Positions 39,431 to 48,729 of a stretch of 64,000 bases of DNA are shown here, piece by piece. The position numbers and the translations under genes were made by a program. This DNA is from Gemmatimonas sp. GTDB lineage: Bacteria; Gemmatimonadota; Gemmatimonadetes; Gemmatimonadales; Gemmatimonadaceae. The notes under the pieces are model-generated. The model saw nothing but the letters and a program-made list of their open reading frames with translations, was not told where the DNA came from and did not search any database. Position 1 is the stretch's first letter; every line of letters begins with the position of its first letter. The stretch lies in NCBI GenBank assembly GCA_965279375.1, contig OZ257156.1, positions 1,312,001-1,376,000 of the forward strand. The letters are read 5' to 3'.

Positions 39431-40213
39431 ATGGACGCCAACAATTGTGCAGCACTGCGGGCAATCTCTGATCGTCTCGCGGAGTGGCAGCGGAAGCAAG
39501 TCGCGGTTGGTGAAGAGTCACTCACAGACTGGCTGCTTTTTGAGATGTCATCACAGCTCTCGTCGTTTCGCTACCTGAAGTTCACGCGACACCGAGAGGC
39601 CCGCGAGACTGGAGCCGACTGGGAGTGGTGGATTCTCTTCGACGGAGGATGTTTCGGGTCGCGCGTTCAGGCGAAGCGCGTTCGCATTGGAATCGACAAC
39701 TACTCAGGCCTGGCATACACGAATCGCCACGGACTGCAGATCACGATGCTACGTGAGGCCGCGAAAGCAAACGGACTACCGGCGTTCTACCTCTTCTACG
39801 CTCCCGGAGACTGCGGCGCCAGTTTGCTCTGTCCACGTGAACCATACGCTTCACTGGGTGGGGCGTTCATTTCATCAGCCTCAAGACTGTACGACCGGTT
39901 CATCCTGCCTGGACCGAGCAGCATTTCCGCAGCACAACTGCTAGCCGAGTCGAACCCTCTGCACTGCCTCTTCTGTTGTCCGCTAGTAACTTTCGGCGAC
40001 GAAGACGGCTGGCGGCGTCACGTACAAAAGTACTTTCCGCAAGAAAGTTCTGCCGATGGGGGAGACGGGCCTCAAGGTTTTCGACGCGAGCCGCCGGAGT
40101 ATGTCTATCGTCTGCTCACGAATGATTTGGCCGCAGATGCAGCTTTGTCGGACCAGATTGCTGAGCTTCCCCCGGTTCAGGGCATAGCTGTGTTCGACGC
40201 ACGGGGTGCCTAA
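39431..40213 (+). CDS. DUF6615-like PD-(D/E)xK-type putative nuclease
   Basis: EESLTDWLL, E..TGADWEWW, RVQAKR, YLFY; stop in attC. Confidence 0.72.
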   Translation: MDANNCAALRAISDRLAEWQRKQVAVGEESLTDWLLFEMSSQLSSFRYLKFTRHREARETGADWEWWILFDGGCFGSRVQAKRVRIGIDNYSGLAYTNRHGLQITMLREAAKANGLPAFYLFYAPGDCGASLLCPREPYASLGGAFISSASRLYDRFILPGPSSISAAQLLAESNPLHCLFCCPLVTFGDEDGWRRHVQKYFPQESSADGGDGPQGFRREPPEYVYRLLTNDLAADAALSDQIAELPPVQGIAVFDARGA

Positions 40214-40317
40214 CCTTGCGTTGCGGCAGACAGGGCCTTCACGGATTGCTCCCTGTTCGCTGCGCTCACTGGTCGCATCCTGTTGAAGGGCCCTGCAGCC
40301 GAACGCGATCGTTAGGC
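40208..40317 (+). repeat. attC site, family A
   Basis: GCCTAAC...GTTAGGC. Confidence 0.92.
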
Positions 40318-40367
40318 GGCTTTCCGATTCTCGTTGTCCCCATCGCTCGTCTCAACCTGTCCCTCGC

Positions 40368-41273
40368 ATGCAACTTCCGCAGCATTGGTTCCGTGTCGCC
40401 GCGTTGACGGCCCTCCTTGCCGGCTGTTCGGTGAAGAGGGCTCCGATGGCCAACGTGACTCCGGCGCAGGCGCTGGCTACGTACGCCGTCACGAGGGACG
40501 TGGCCTACGGGACTGACGCGGAGCAAACCATGGATGTGTACGTGCCCGGGGAGGCCAGCCGAGGACGTCGCCCCAACTACACGTTGGTATTCATGCACGG
40601 CGGGGGCTACTACATCAGCGACAAGACCAAGGAGGAGCGCTACATCCAGCCGTATCTGCAAAGAGGTGTGACGGTCGTCAACCTCAACTACCGGCTCAAG
40701 CGGGGAATTCCGGTCGCTACGGAAGACTTGACCCTCGCCCTCAACTTCCTGCAGGGGCATCAGGGTGCGTACTCCATGAACCTGCAGCGGGTCGTGCTCT
40801 CGGGCTTTTCTGCGGGGGCCCACATTGCCAGCCTAGTGGCGGTGACCGCCAACGAGCCCACGTACGCGCACCCGTTGGCCCCAGGTATTGCCATTGCCGC
40901 CGTGGTCAACTTCTCAGGTCCGGTGGGGGGCCTCGACGTGGTGGAAGCCGTGTTCATGAACAACCCGGTGCCCATCATGAAGGAAATTGGGCTGGCCCTC
41001 TTCCCCGAGACACTGGGGTATGCGCCCACAGCAGTGACCCGGCGCTACGAGCCCCTCACCTACCTCGACCCGAAGGACCCGCCATTTTTCATCTGGCACG
41101 GAGGGCAGGACGACCAAGTGCCGCCAGTCACGTTTGTCCAGTTTGTGGACGTGCTGCAGCAGAACAAGCGAAAGAATGAGGTGCTGTTGGTACCGGAAGG
41201 GCGCCACAGTCCCTCGGCCAGCGAGCTGGAATTGGCGTACGAGCAGATTTTTGAGTTTCTGGCTAAGCACTAG
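40368..41273 (+). CDS. Alpha/beta hydrolase (esterase) lipoprotein
   Basis: LAGC lipobox; HGGG, NYRL, GFSAG, HG..DDQVP, GRH. Confidence 0.92.
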   Translation: MQLPQHWFRVAALTALLAGCSVKRAPMANVTPAQALATYAVTRDVAYGTDAEQTMDVYVPGEASRGRRPNYTLVFMHGGGYYISDKTKEERYIQPYLQRGVTVVNLNYRLKRGIPVATEDLTLALNFLQGHQGAYSMNLQRVVLSGFSAGAHIASLVAVTANEPTYAHPLAPGIAIAAVVNFSGPVGGLDVVEAVFMNNPVPIMKEIGLALFPETLGYAPTAVTRRYEPLTYLDPKDPPFFIWHGGQDDQVPPVTFVQFVDVLQQNKRKNEVLLVPEGRHSPSASELELAYEQIFEFLAKH

Positions 41274-41520
41274 CCCATGAACGGTCGCGGTACGCGAGCG
41301 TTGGCTATCGCTGTTGTCGTCGCTCGACGCGAGGACGTACGTCGTGCTGCCTGCTTCAACGCGTGATCGGGTCGCTGCCGCAAATACCGACATCGGATCG
41401 GTGTTCCGGTACCGTCGCCTGCAATATGCGGCGCGCTCGTCGACCGCCTCGATCAACTGGGCTTTGCAACCGGTGACGAACGCAGAACACGATCTGCGCC
41501 AGTTCCTCGTCACGACCGCC

Positions 41521-41631
41521 GCCTAACCTTGCGTTGCTGCTGACAGGGCCTTCACAGATTGCTCCCTTGCTCGCTCCGCTCGCTGGTCGCAACCTATTGA
41601 AGGGCCCTGCAGCAGAACGCGATCGTTAGCG
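41521..41631 (+). repeat. attC site, family A
   Basis: GCCTAAC...GTTAGCG. Confidence 0.92.
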
Positions 41632-41761
41632 AGCCTGCGCCGCTGGCATCGCGACGCGGTCGAGTGCCGGCGCGCGTGGCGCAGATCGGCGGTGTTAGGC
41701 ATGTGCCGTCATGAGGGACCACATGGGGCACACCGACGTGGCTGCCACCGCGGGTGACGGG

Positions 41762-41791
41762 TTGGCGCCGGATTCCGTGGGCCGTTATAAT
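41762..41791 (+). promoter_or_regulatory. Putative higBA promoter
   Basis: TTGGCG-N18-TATAAT, 7 nt before GTG start. Confidence 0.55.
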
Positions 41792-41798
41792 AGGAGGT

Positions 41799-42092
41799 GT
41801 GATACGCACCTTCGCCGATCCGGCCACCGAAGACCTGTTCAATGGCGTGGATAGCCGGCGGGCGCGCCAGGCGTGTCCGAACACGCTCTGGGCGGTGGTC
41901 GCGCGGAAGCTGACGCAGCTGAATCGGGTGCGCGAGCTGCGGGAACTTGCGATCCCGCCCGGCAATCGGCTGGAAGCGCTCAAGGGATCACGGCGCGGGC
42001 AGCACAGTATCCGCATCAACGATCAGTACCGGATCTGCTTCCGGTGGGAGGAAGGCCATGCCGACGCCGTCGAAGTCACGGACTACCACTAA
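41799..42092 (+). CDS. higB: HigB-family toxin
   Basis: PPGNRLEALKG.R.GQHSIRINDQYRICFRW...VEVTDYH. Confidence 0.93.
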   Translation: MIRTFADPATEDLFNGVDSRRARQACPNTLWAVVARKLTQLNRVRELRELAIPPGNRLEALKGSRRGQHSIRINDQYRICFRWEEGHADAVEVTDYH

Positions 42093-42102
42093 GCCGGCGC
42101 CG

Positions 42103-42420
42103 TTGGTGCAGCGTCGCCTGCCCACGCATCGGCCCCCGACGCATCCCGGCGAGATGCTGCTCGAGGAATTCCTCAAGCCGCTCGGGCTGTCCCAGTCCGC
42201 CTTCGCCCTCCAGCTCGGCGTGTCGTTTCCGCGCCTGAACGAAGTGATCCATGCGAAGCGCAGTGTCACGCCGGACACGGCGTTACGGCTCGCGCAGGTG
42301 ACCGGCATGAGCGCAGACTTCTGGCTCGGGCTCCAGCAGGACTGGGATCTGTGGCATGCGCTGCGCTCGAAGGAGGCCGCCCAGATCGCGCGCCTCAAGC
42401 CGTTGTCGCGCGCGAGTTAG
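42103..42420 (+). CDS. higA: HigA-family antitoxin
   Basis: THPGEMLLEEFLKPLGLSQ...VTPDTALRL...FWLGLQ. Confidence 0.93.
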   Translation: MVQRRLPTHRPPTHPGEMLLEEFLKPLGLSQSAFALQLGVSFPRLNEVIHAKRSVTPDTALRLAQVTGMSADFWLGLQQDWDLWHALRSKEAAQIARLKPLSRAS

Positions 42421-42436
42421 TCGGTTCAAGACGGCT

Positions 42437-42546
42437 CGCTAACAGGGCGTTGCTGTTGGCAACGGCTTCACGGATTGCGGCCGGTTCGCTTCGCTCACTG
42501 GCCGCAACTCGTTGAAAGCCGTTGCAACAGAACGCCATCGTTAGGC
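42437..42546 (+). repeat. attC site, family A
   Basis: CGCTAAC...GTTAGGC. Confidence 0.92.
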
Positions 42547-42614
42547 GGCTTTGCGACGTTTGTGCGTTTACCCTAGGCCATTGGCGATCTTCGAGGTCCC
42601 CTGAGCGCCTAGTT

Positions 42615-42758
42615 CTACTGGCGCTCGAGCTCCTGCATCAGCGCGGTGAATCGCCTCGACAACGACACGAGACGAATCGTGTAGCCGACAAAGACGCCCC
42701 ACGTCACGGCATACGCGGCTATCACATACGGCCACGAGTCCGCGGCGAAGCCGTTCAT
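42615..42758 (-). CDS. ccmD: Heme exporter protein CcmD-like
   Basis: 47 aa, WPYVIAAYAVTW, single TM; ATGA overlap with ccmC stop. Confidence 0.7.
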   Translation of the reverse strand: MNGFAADSWPYVIAAYAVTWGVFVGYTIRLVSLSRRFTALMQELERQ

Positions 42759-43546
42759 GCGCGCGTCCTCCGCGCGAGGGCCATCTCGCTGAGCCGATGT
42801 TCCAGCACCCGCTCGGCGACCATACCCCGATAGCGATGCGCGATGAACACGATCATCGCGAGCAGGAAGGCGACGGCGTTCACCCGCAGACCCCATGTGT
42901 AAATAGGATCGATTGTGCTCGGCGAGGACGCCGGTTGGTGCAAGGTCCGCCACCATTTCACGGACATGTATACGATCGGCACGTTGAGCGCACCCAAGAT
43001 GCCGACGGCCGCGCTCCGCGTCGCCCGACGCTCCGGATCGTCGGTGAGTCCGCGGAGTGCCAGGTACCCGACATAGACGAGGAACAGGACGGCCGTCGAG
43101 GTGAGTCGCGCGTCCCACGTCCACCAGACCCCCCAGGTCGCCCGACCCCAAATCGACCCGATCACCAAGAGCAGCCCCGTGAAGACCGCGCCGACCTCGG
43201 CACCGGCGGCCGCCATCAAGTCGGCCGCCTCATCGCGCGTCCAGAGATACCGCACGCTCTGGACGAAGACGAGGAGGTAGGCCAACGAAAAGGTCCAAGC
43301 GGCGGGCACGTGCACGTACAGAATCTTCTGGAGGTGCCCCATGTCCCGCTCCGGCGGCGAGAGTGCGATGAACACCGCCTCCGCGGCAATCAGGCCGACG
43401 GGCGTCAGCCACGTGAGCACCGTCAGCCATGCGGGTCGCGGCAGCATCACGAGGGGGGCGTGCTCAACCGACCGAGCGATGGACGCCGGGAGCGCCGCGG
43501 GGAGCGTGCCTTCAGCCACTGGTGGGTTCCTCATCCGACGAAGCAC
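42755..43546 (-). CDS. ccmC: Cytochrome c biogenesis heme-handling protein CcmC
   Basis: YVHVPAAW, WGRATWGVWWTWDARLT (WWD motif), WWRTLHQ; start uncertain. Confidence 0.92.
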   Translation of the reverse strand: MLRRMRNPPVAEGTLPAALPASIARSVEHAPLVMLPRPAWLTVLTWLTPVGLIAAEAVFIALSPPERDMGHLQKILYVHVPAAWTFSLAYLLVFVQSVRYLWTRDEAADLMAAAGAEVGAVFTGLLLVIGSIWGRATWGVWWTWDARLTSTAVLFLVYVGYLALRGLTDDPERRATRSAAVGILGALNVPIVYMSVKWWRTLHQPASSPSTIDPIYTWGLRVNAVAFLLAMIVFIAHRYRGMVAERVLEHRLSEMALARRTRA

Positions 43547-43868
43547 ACGAAAGGAATCGGTCGAGCTGCCGCATGGAGGACGGGTCCCGTAGTTGGCGAA
43601 CGTCGCATCGCGACCTCAAGGTCGCGACATTGTACGGGCGCCGGGGCCGATCAGCAACCGGGGCACCACCGAGTCAGGTCGTCCGTCCCCGGGCCGCGTC
43701 CAGCGTCGCGTCTCGGAGATCGTAGGCGTGGCGGCGGAACGTGCCACGTCCGAGCGGCCGGTGCAGTGCTAGGTTGGGTTTGACCGACGCGTCCTCGCGC
43801 TGCGACGGTTGGTGCAACCGCGATTGGCTGACACGCCTGCGGAACACGGGCGGTCGATGTGAAAAGCC

Positions 43869-43978
43869 GCCTAACAGTGCGTTGCTGTTGACAACGGCTT
43901 CAAGGATTGCGGCCGATTCGCTACGCTCACTGGCCGCAACCTATTGAAGGGCCCTGCAAGCGAACGCGGTCGTTAGCT
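43869..43978 (+). repeat. attC site, family A (chimeric arms)
   Basis: GCCTAAC...GTTAGCT. Confidence 0.9.
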
Positions 43979-44247
43979 AGCGCTTGATCGAGGCGGGCGC
44001 GTCCGCTGCTTCCGGATAAGTTCGGCGGCAACAGAGCGCGTTGACCTGGTGGCTCGCGGCGCACGCGGGCGACTGCGGACGTGCGAGCCACGGAGTGCGC
44101 CGAGCACGCGGCGCGGGGAGGTCTGCTCCTTGGACCCGAGGCTTGACGGGGTTCGGTGCACCGGGCTTACGTCACTTCGATGGTCGCCCGACGAATGTCG
44201 GGCGTATCCGCTTGGTGTTGTGCGCCGACCCATGCCTCGGAGTACAA

Positions 44248-44673
44248 ATGGCACGTGCTGCATTGGACCGCTGGTCGCCGCGACGGATGCTCGCGCTGTG
44301 GATCGGAGGAGTCGGCTTGCAGGCCGTGCTCCTCTTTGGGCCGCTGTGGTGGGCGGTTTCGAACGCGGCGCCGCGGCGCGCGGCGATCCAAGCCGTCCAT
44401 GAGCGCTGGGACATCGCGGAGCGGGCCGACTCGCTGTCGGTGGCGTCGCAGCGTGCGGCCGAGGCGGCGCGCCACGGCTCGTCCGCGGCGGGCCCGGTCG
44501 GCGTCGTGCGGGTGCCCTCTATGCGACAGTCCATCGTCGCCCGTGGCCCCACGACGCCGTCCTGGTTGGCGCGCACGCTGTCCACGCTGTGGCTGTACGG
44601 GATTCCGGTGACGCTCCTGCTGCTCACGGCCGCGTGGTGGCGCCGTCGTCCCGCGCGCCCGACACTTGCGTGA
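44248..44673 (+). CDS. Small 2-TM membrane protein
   Basis: GGAG before ATG 44248; two hydrophobic segments; WWRRR tail. Confidence 0.6.
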   Translation: MARAALDRWSPRRMLALWIGGVGLQAVLLFGPLWWAVSNAAPRRAAIQAVHERWDIAERADSLSVASQRAAEAARHGSSAAGPVGVVRVPSMRQSIVARGPTTPSWLARTLSTLWLYGIPVTLLLLTAAWWRRRPARPTLA

Positions 44674-44693
44674 CGCGTGGTCGCCGCCACGCT

Positions 44694-44803
44694 AGCTAAC
44701 CGTGCGTTGCGGCAGACAGGGCCTGCACGGATGGCTCCCTGTTCGCTGCGCTCACTGGTCGCATCCTGTTGAAGGGCCCTGCTGCCGAACGCGATCGTTA
44801 TAC
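44694..44803 (+). repeat. attC site, family A
   Basis: AGCTAAC...GTTATAC. Confidence 0.92.
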
Positions 44804-44903
44804 CTCACCCGTGCGTCTCCAGGAAGACAGCTTGAGATGATACACCGGCGCTGACAGCTGCGGGACGTCCTCAGGTTTGGGAAGGAAGCGCGACTGGGTG
44901 GAG

Positions 44904-46640
44904 CTACAGCGTCACCCAGTCGACATCCGTCAGCAGCCCGTCTTTCGTCAGAAACACCAGTACATACCGCTGTGCACCACCAAACGTGGCCTTCAGATAC
45001 AACATCCTCGCCACCGAACCGCCGTGTCGGGAGATCCCGCGTCCGGCAACATCCTCTTCGCCGACGAACGATACGCCGGTGATCCCAGCGAAATCGTCCA
45101 TCGACCCAGGCCCGAAGTCGCGCAGTGCGCCCGGTGTCAGTGCCTGTGCGTCCGATTTCCCTTCGGTCATTGCGCGCAGCAGGGTAGCAAAGCGTTGCGT
45201 ACGGGTAGGATCGGGATCACGCGCTGCTGAGAATGCCTTGGCGATCGCAAGCGGTCCGAGACGCGGTACCTCGCGCGTGCCATTCGGATCGGTGACCGAC
45301 GCGCCGATCACGCGTCGCGACGCGTCGCGGCGGAAGAGGAACGTCTCGCCGCCATCCGCCCGCGTGAACCGATCCGGTCCGACCGGCACGAACTCCTCGT
45401 CTTCGTGCCCGCCAGCATACGAATACAACCGGCCGTCACGCGCGGCGAACGTGGCCATCTGGTGGTACCTGATCTCATACCGGCCGTTGAGGTCGTCGAT
45501 CGCCATCGCTGGGCGCGCCATGGCTCGCGGCGGTACCAGCTCCTCGCGATAGTTCGGCCACTTGTACATCCGCGACACGATCCGCTGTATACGACCCATT
45601 GCGTCGGAGTTGTCGTTCGCATTGATCATGATCACGACGCCCTGCCCGCGTATCGTCGCCGTCATGTACGCATCGAAGCCTTCATCGCGGCCGGAGTGAC
45701 TGAACTCGAGACGAAAGTTGTTGCCGCGCAGGTACACACCGAGGCCCATGAAGTCATTGCGTTGGTACGACAGCATTTGCTGCGCGCGATCCGGGTTCAG
45801 GAACGTCGCCGTATCGCGGGAGATGGCGCGCTGAAGTGCGATCGCGAACTTCGCGAGATCAGTCGGGGTCGTCCACAAGCCCGCAGCAGCCATCTCGGGA
45901 TACACGTGCCAGCCGCCCGTCACCGGAGTCCCGTCAGTCAGATGACCGGTCGCGGCATTCGGCGCGTACGACGGTGGCAGGGGCTGCACGAACGTACTTG
46001 AGGTCATCCCCGCTGGTGTCAGCACTTCGCGCATCATGTACTCATCAAACGGCTGCTGCGTGACGTCGATCATCAACTGCTGCAGAATCGTGTAGCCGCC
46101 GCCGGAGTACCGATGGCGCTCACCAGGCCGCTGCACGACGCGGATCGCCGGCGAGTTCGCAGGCTTTACCCCATCGAGCACCTGCAAGAGCGTCGGATAC
46201 GGTGCGTTGGCTGCATAGCCGTCGAACCCATGCACGTTCAATCCTGCCGAATGACTGAGCAGCCCGCGTACCGTCACCGGCTCGCGCGATGCCGCCGTCG
46301 TATCCGGCACCTTCCAGCTCACCAGCTGTTCGTTGACGTCGCGATCGAGTTGCAGCGTACCGCGTTCAACCAAGCGCATCGCACCGACCGCCGTGACCGG
46401 CTTGCTGATCGATCCGGCCTGGAAGAGCGTCGCTCTAGATACGGGTGTGCTACCCCCGCGCTTCGTGACGCCGTATGCGCGCGTCAGCACAATCCTGCCG
46501 CTGTCGATGATGGCGATCGACAGACCCGGAATGTTGCGCCGCTGCATCTCACGCTGGATCGCGCGATCGAGACTGTCGACCATCGGCTGCTGCACGGGAG
46601 CCATACAAGATGCGAGCGCGATGACTGATATCAGCAACAC
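44904..46640 (-). CDS. Serine hydrolase, beta-lactamase/AmpC-like family lipoprotein
   Basis: FQAGSISK (SxxK), LLSHSAG, YSGGGY, HSG; LASC lipobox. Confidence 0.9.
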   Translation of the reverse strand: MLLISVIALASCMAPVQQPMVDSLDRAIQREMQRRNIPGLSIAIIDSGRIVLTRAYGVTKRGGSTPVSRATLFQAGSISKPVTAVGAMRLVERGTLQLDRDVNEQLVSWKVPDTTAASREPVTVRGLLSHSAGLNVHGFDGYAANAPYPTLLQVLDGVKPANSPAIRVVQRPGERHRYSGGGYTILQQLMIDVTQQPFDEYMMREVLTPAGMTSSTFVQPLPPSYAPNAATGHLTDGTPVTGGWHVYPEMAAAGLWTTPTDLAKFAIALQRAISRDTATFLNPDRAQQMLSYQRNDFMGLGVYLRGNNFRLEFSHSGRDEGFDAYMTATIRGQGVVIMINANDNSDAMGRIQRIVSRMYKWPNYREELVPPRAMARPAMAIDDLNGRYEIRYHQMATFAARDGRLYSYAGGHEDEEFVPVGPDRFTRADGGETFLFRRDASRRVIGASVTDPNGTREVPRLGPLAIAKAFSAARDPDPTRTQRFATLLRAMTEGKSDAQALTPGALRDFGPGSMDDFAGITGVSFVGEEDVAGRGISRHGGSVARMLYLKATFGGAQRYVLVFLTKDGLLTDVDWVTL

Positions 46641-46759
46641 AGTGAGCTCCTGGCGAAGGCCGATCTAGATGAGAAGCGGAGCGTAGCACGCAGCGAGGAT
46701 GCGGCGACGGTGGCGAGGCCGTAGAGGACGCGCTGCATGGTGCAGGCTCCGAGTCGATG

Positions 46760-47743
46760 TCAGCTTTGGGAAGGCGGCGCGGCGGGTGAGTATTCCGGAA
46801 CGCAGTCGATGGGGTGCGATGCAGCCAGCAACGCCGTTGTCGCGATCACAAGCGCTAGACCAACGAGCTCCGCGACGGCATTTCGTCGTGGTGGCGGCGC
46901 AAAGAGCTCCCTGACACGAATCGACAGATTGGCGCGGTGCGGTGAGCCAAACGCCAGACTGATCGCGGGTTGTCCACGTGTGCACGCGCGCGCGACAGCG
47001 ATGAGTCTCGTTGCGTACTGTGATGGTGATACCCCTGCCGCGAGCGCGGCACGATCCGCGGCAAGCTCGCGCCGCAGAGACATGCGTCGCCACAGCATTC
47101 GCACGAAGGGATTCGGCCAATAGAGGGCCGCTGCGATTTCTTCGAGCAGGTGACACAACCAGTCCCGCTGCGCGACATGCGACAGCTCGTGGCAGAGCAC
47201 GCCGAACAACTCGTCGTGCGGCCATGACGCGGCATCATCGGGAAGCAGGACAACGGGGCGTCTCCAACCAACGACCGCTGGCGATTGCAACGTCGCAGAA
47301 GACACGATACGCGGAATCGGACCCCTGAAACCCACGGCCACCGCCGCACGCTTCGCGGTGTCGTGCAGCGCGGCACTACGACCGAGTGTCGCTGACCTCA
47401 CGATGTGTCGAGTTACACGCGACCCATGCAGCAGCCGGGCGAAGGAATAGAGCGTGCCGGCAAACCAGATGCCGACCAATACCGTGGCCCACGATAAGTT
47501 CGGCAATAGCGGCGAAACTGGCATCGCAACGATCCCATGCGGCAGTCGAACGATCGGCGTTGAGAGGGTCGGTCCAAGTGCCGGCACGACTGGCAACAGG
47601 ATGAGAAGTCCGGGCAGCACGCCGAAGCCACGACTGCGATGAAGTCCGCGGCGACGCAGCTGTGCATCCACCGCGAGCGCGACAAGTGCAGCGGCTGTCG
47701 ACTTTGCGATCACGAGAACCGCTGCGATCACGAGGGCGCTCAC
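46760..47743 (-). CDS. M56 (BlaR1-type) metallopeptidase
   Basis: SPAVVG...VLLP, LCHELSHV..RD, YWPNP, RELAAD. Confidence 0.9.
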   Translation of the reverse strand: MSALVIAAVLVIAKSTAAALVALAVDAQLRRRGLHRSRGFGVLPGLLILLPVVPALGPTLSTPIVRLPHGIVAMPVSPLLPNLSWATVLVGIWFAGTLYSFARLLHGSRVTRHIVRSATLGRSAALHDTAKRAAVAVGFRGPIPRIVSSATLQSPAVVGWRRPVVLLPDDAASWPHDELFGVLCHELSHVAQRDWLCHLLEEIAAALYWPNPFVRMLWRRMSLRRELAADRAALAAGVSPSQYATRLIAVARACTRGQPAISLAFGSPHRANLSIRVRELFAPPPRRNAVAELVGLALVIATTALLAASHPIDCVPEYSPAAPPSQS

Positions 47744-48126
47744 TCGCCCTTCCTCTCGCGCGTACGTTCACGGACCCATTGCTCGAGCTCATCGAGATCG
47801 CGCTCGCTGAGTTCGTTGCGGCCGAGATCCAGCAGCGCCACGAGTGCTTTCTTCGCGGAGCCGCCGAAGAATGTCGCGGTGACGCTCGTGAGTGCTGCGG
47901 CACTTGCCTTGTCGCGCGGCTGAGAGGCGGCGTAAATGTGACGGCGTCCGTCGAGTCGATGACGAACGATTCGCTTCTTCTCCAACCCGATGAGCGTCAC
48001 GCGAACGCTCTCGAGTGCCTCGGGTTCACCGAGGTGCTGCGCCACCTCTCGCGCTCCCGCCGAGCCCAGCGCATAGAGCGCTTCCACGATCTGCCGTTCG
48101 CGTCTTGAGAGCTGAGAGTCGAGCAT
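47740..48126 (-). CDS. BlaI/MecI/CopY-family repressor
   Basis: LSRRERQIVEALY...LEKK...TFFGGS; GTGA overlap with M56 gene. Confidence 0.9.
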   Translation of the reverse strand: MLDSQLSRRERQIVEALYALGSAGAREVAQHLGEPEALESVRVTLIGLEKKRIVRHRLDGRRHIYAASQPRDKASAAALTSVTATFFGGSAKKALVALLDLGRNELSERDLDELEQWVRERTRERKGE

Positions 48127-48155
48127 CGAGTCGGAAGAGAACGGTGAGTTTTAAC

Positions 48156-48192
48156 TGTAAAGATTATTACGCTCATCTCTCAGCGCTGTCAA
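48156..48192 (-). promoter_or_regulatory. Putative promoter and operator of the BlaI-M56-hydrolase operon
   Basis: Minus strand TTGACA-N17-TAATAA overlapped by GTAA-N6-TTAC inverted repeat. Confidence 0.6.
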
Positions 48193-48257
48193 GCGGGCAA
48201 TTCGCTCCGAAGTCACTCCTCAATGATTTCCCGACACAAGGCGCCGCGCGCCGTGAG

Positions 48258-48367
48258 GTCTAACATTGCGTTGCTATTGTCCGCGGCCTCAAGGAAGCGG
48301 CCTTGCTCCCTGCGGTCGCTGGCCGCAACCTGTTGAAGGCCGCTGCAATAGAACGCGAACGTTATGT
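48258..48367 (+). repeat. attC site, family A
   Basis: GTCTAAC...GTTATGT. Confidence 0.9.
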
Positions 48368-48393
48368 TGCTTCTCAACGTTCAATACGGACTC

Positions 48394-48729
48394 ATGGCTC
48401 AGTTTACGACTCTTGGTACATTCGCCGCGGAAGCCATCCCGAATATTGTGCCGCCGGATTTCCGCACGTTGGTGCGGATGGCGACGCACCTCGGCGGTGA
48501 ATATCTCGTCCTGCTATTCGCACAAAACCGTTCGCATGGCGGCGTGATTACCTCGGCGGCGGCTCGGCGAGCGTTGAAGCAAGTTCCTGACGGCGCGCGA
48601 CTCTTGGCAACAATCGGAACAGACTTCACGCTTGAAGCGACGCAGCTGCTCAACGAGCGCGATGCGGCAGTTGCGCGAATTGGCGAGTTTGGCTGGACAG
48701 ATCGATCCTACATTTCGCTCAAGGAATAG
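48394..48729 (+). CDS. Hypothetical protein
   Basis: Main + ORF filling the cassette; alternative in-frame ATG at 48364 lies inside the core site. Confidence 0.55.
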   Translation: MAQFTTLGTFAAEAIPNIVPPDFRTLVRMATHLGGEYLVLLFAQNRSHGGVITSAAARRALKQVPDGARLLATIGTDFTLEATQLLNERDAAVARIGEFGWTDRSYISLKE

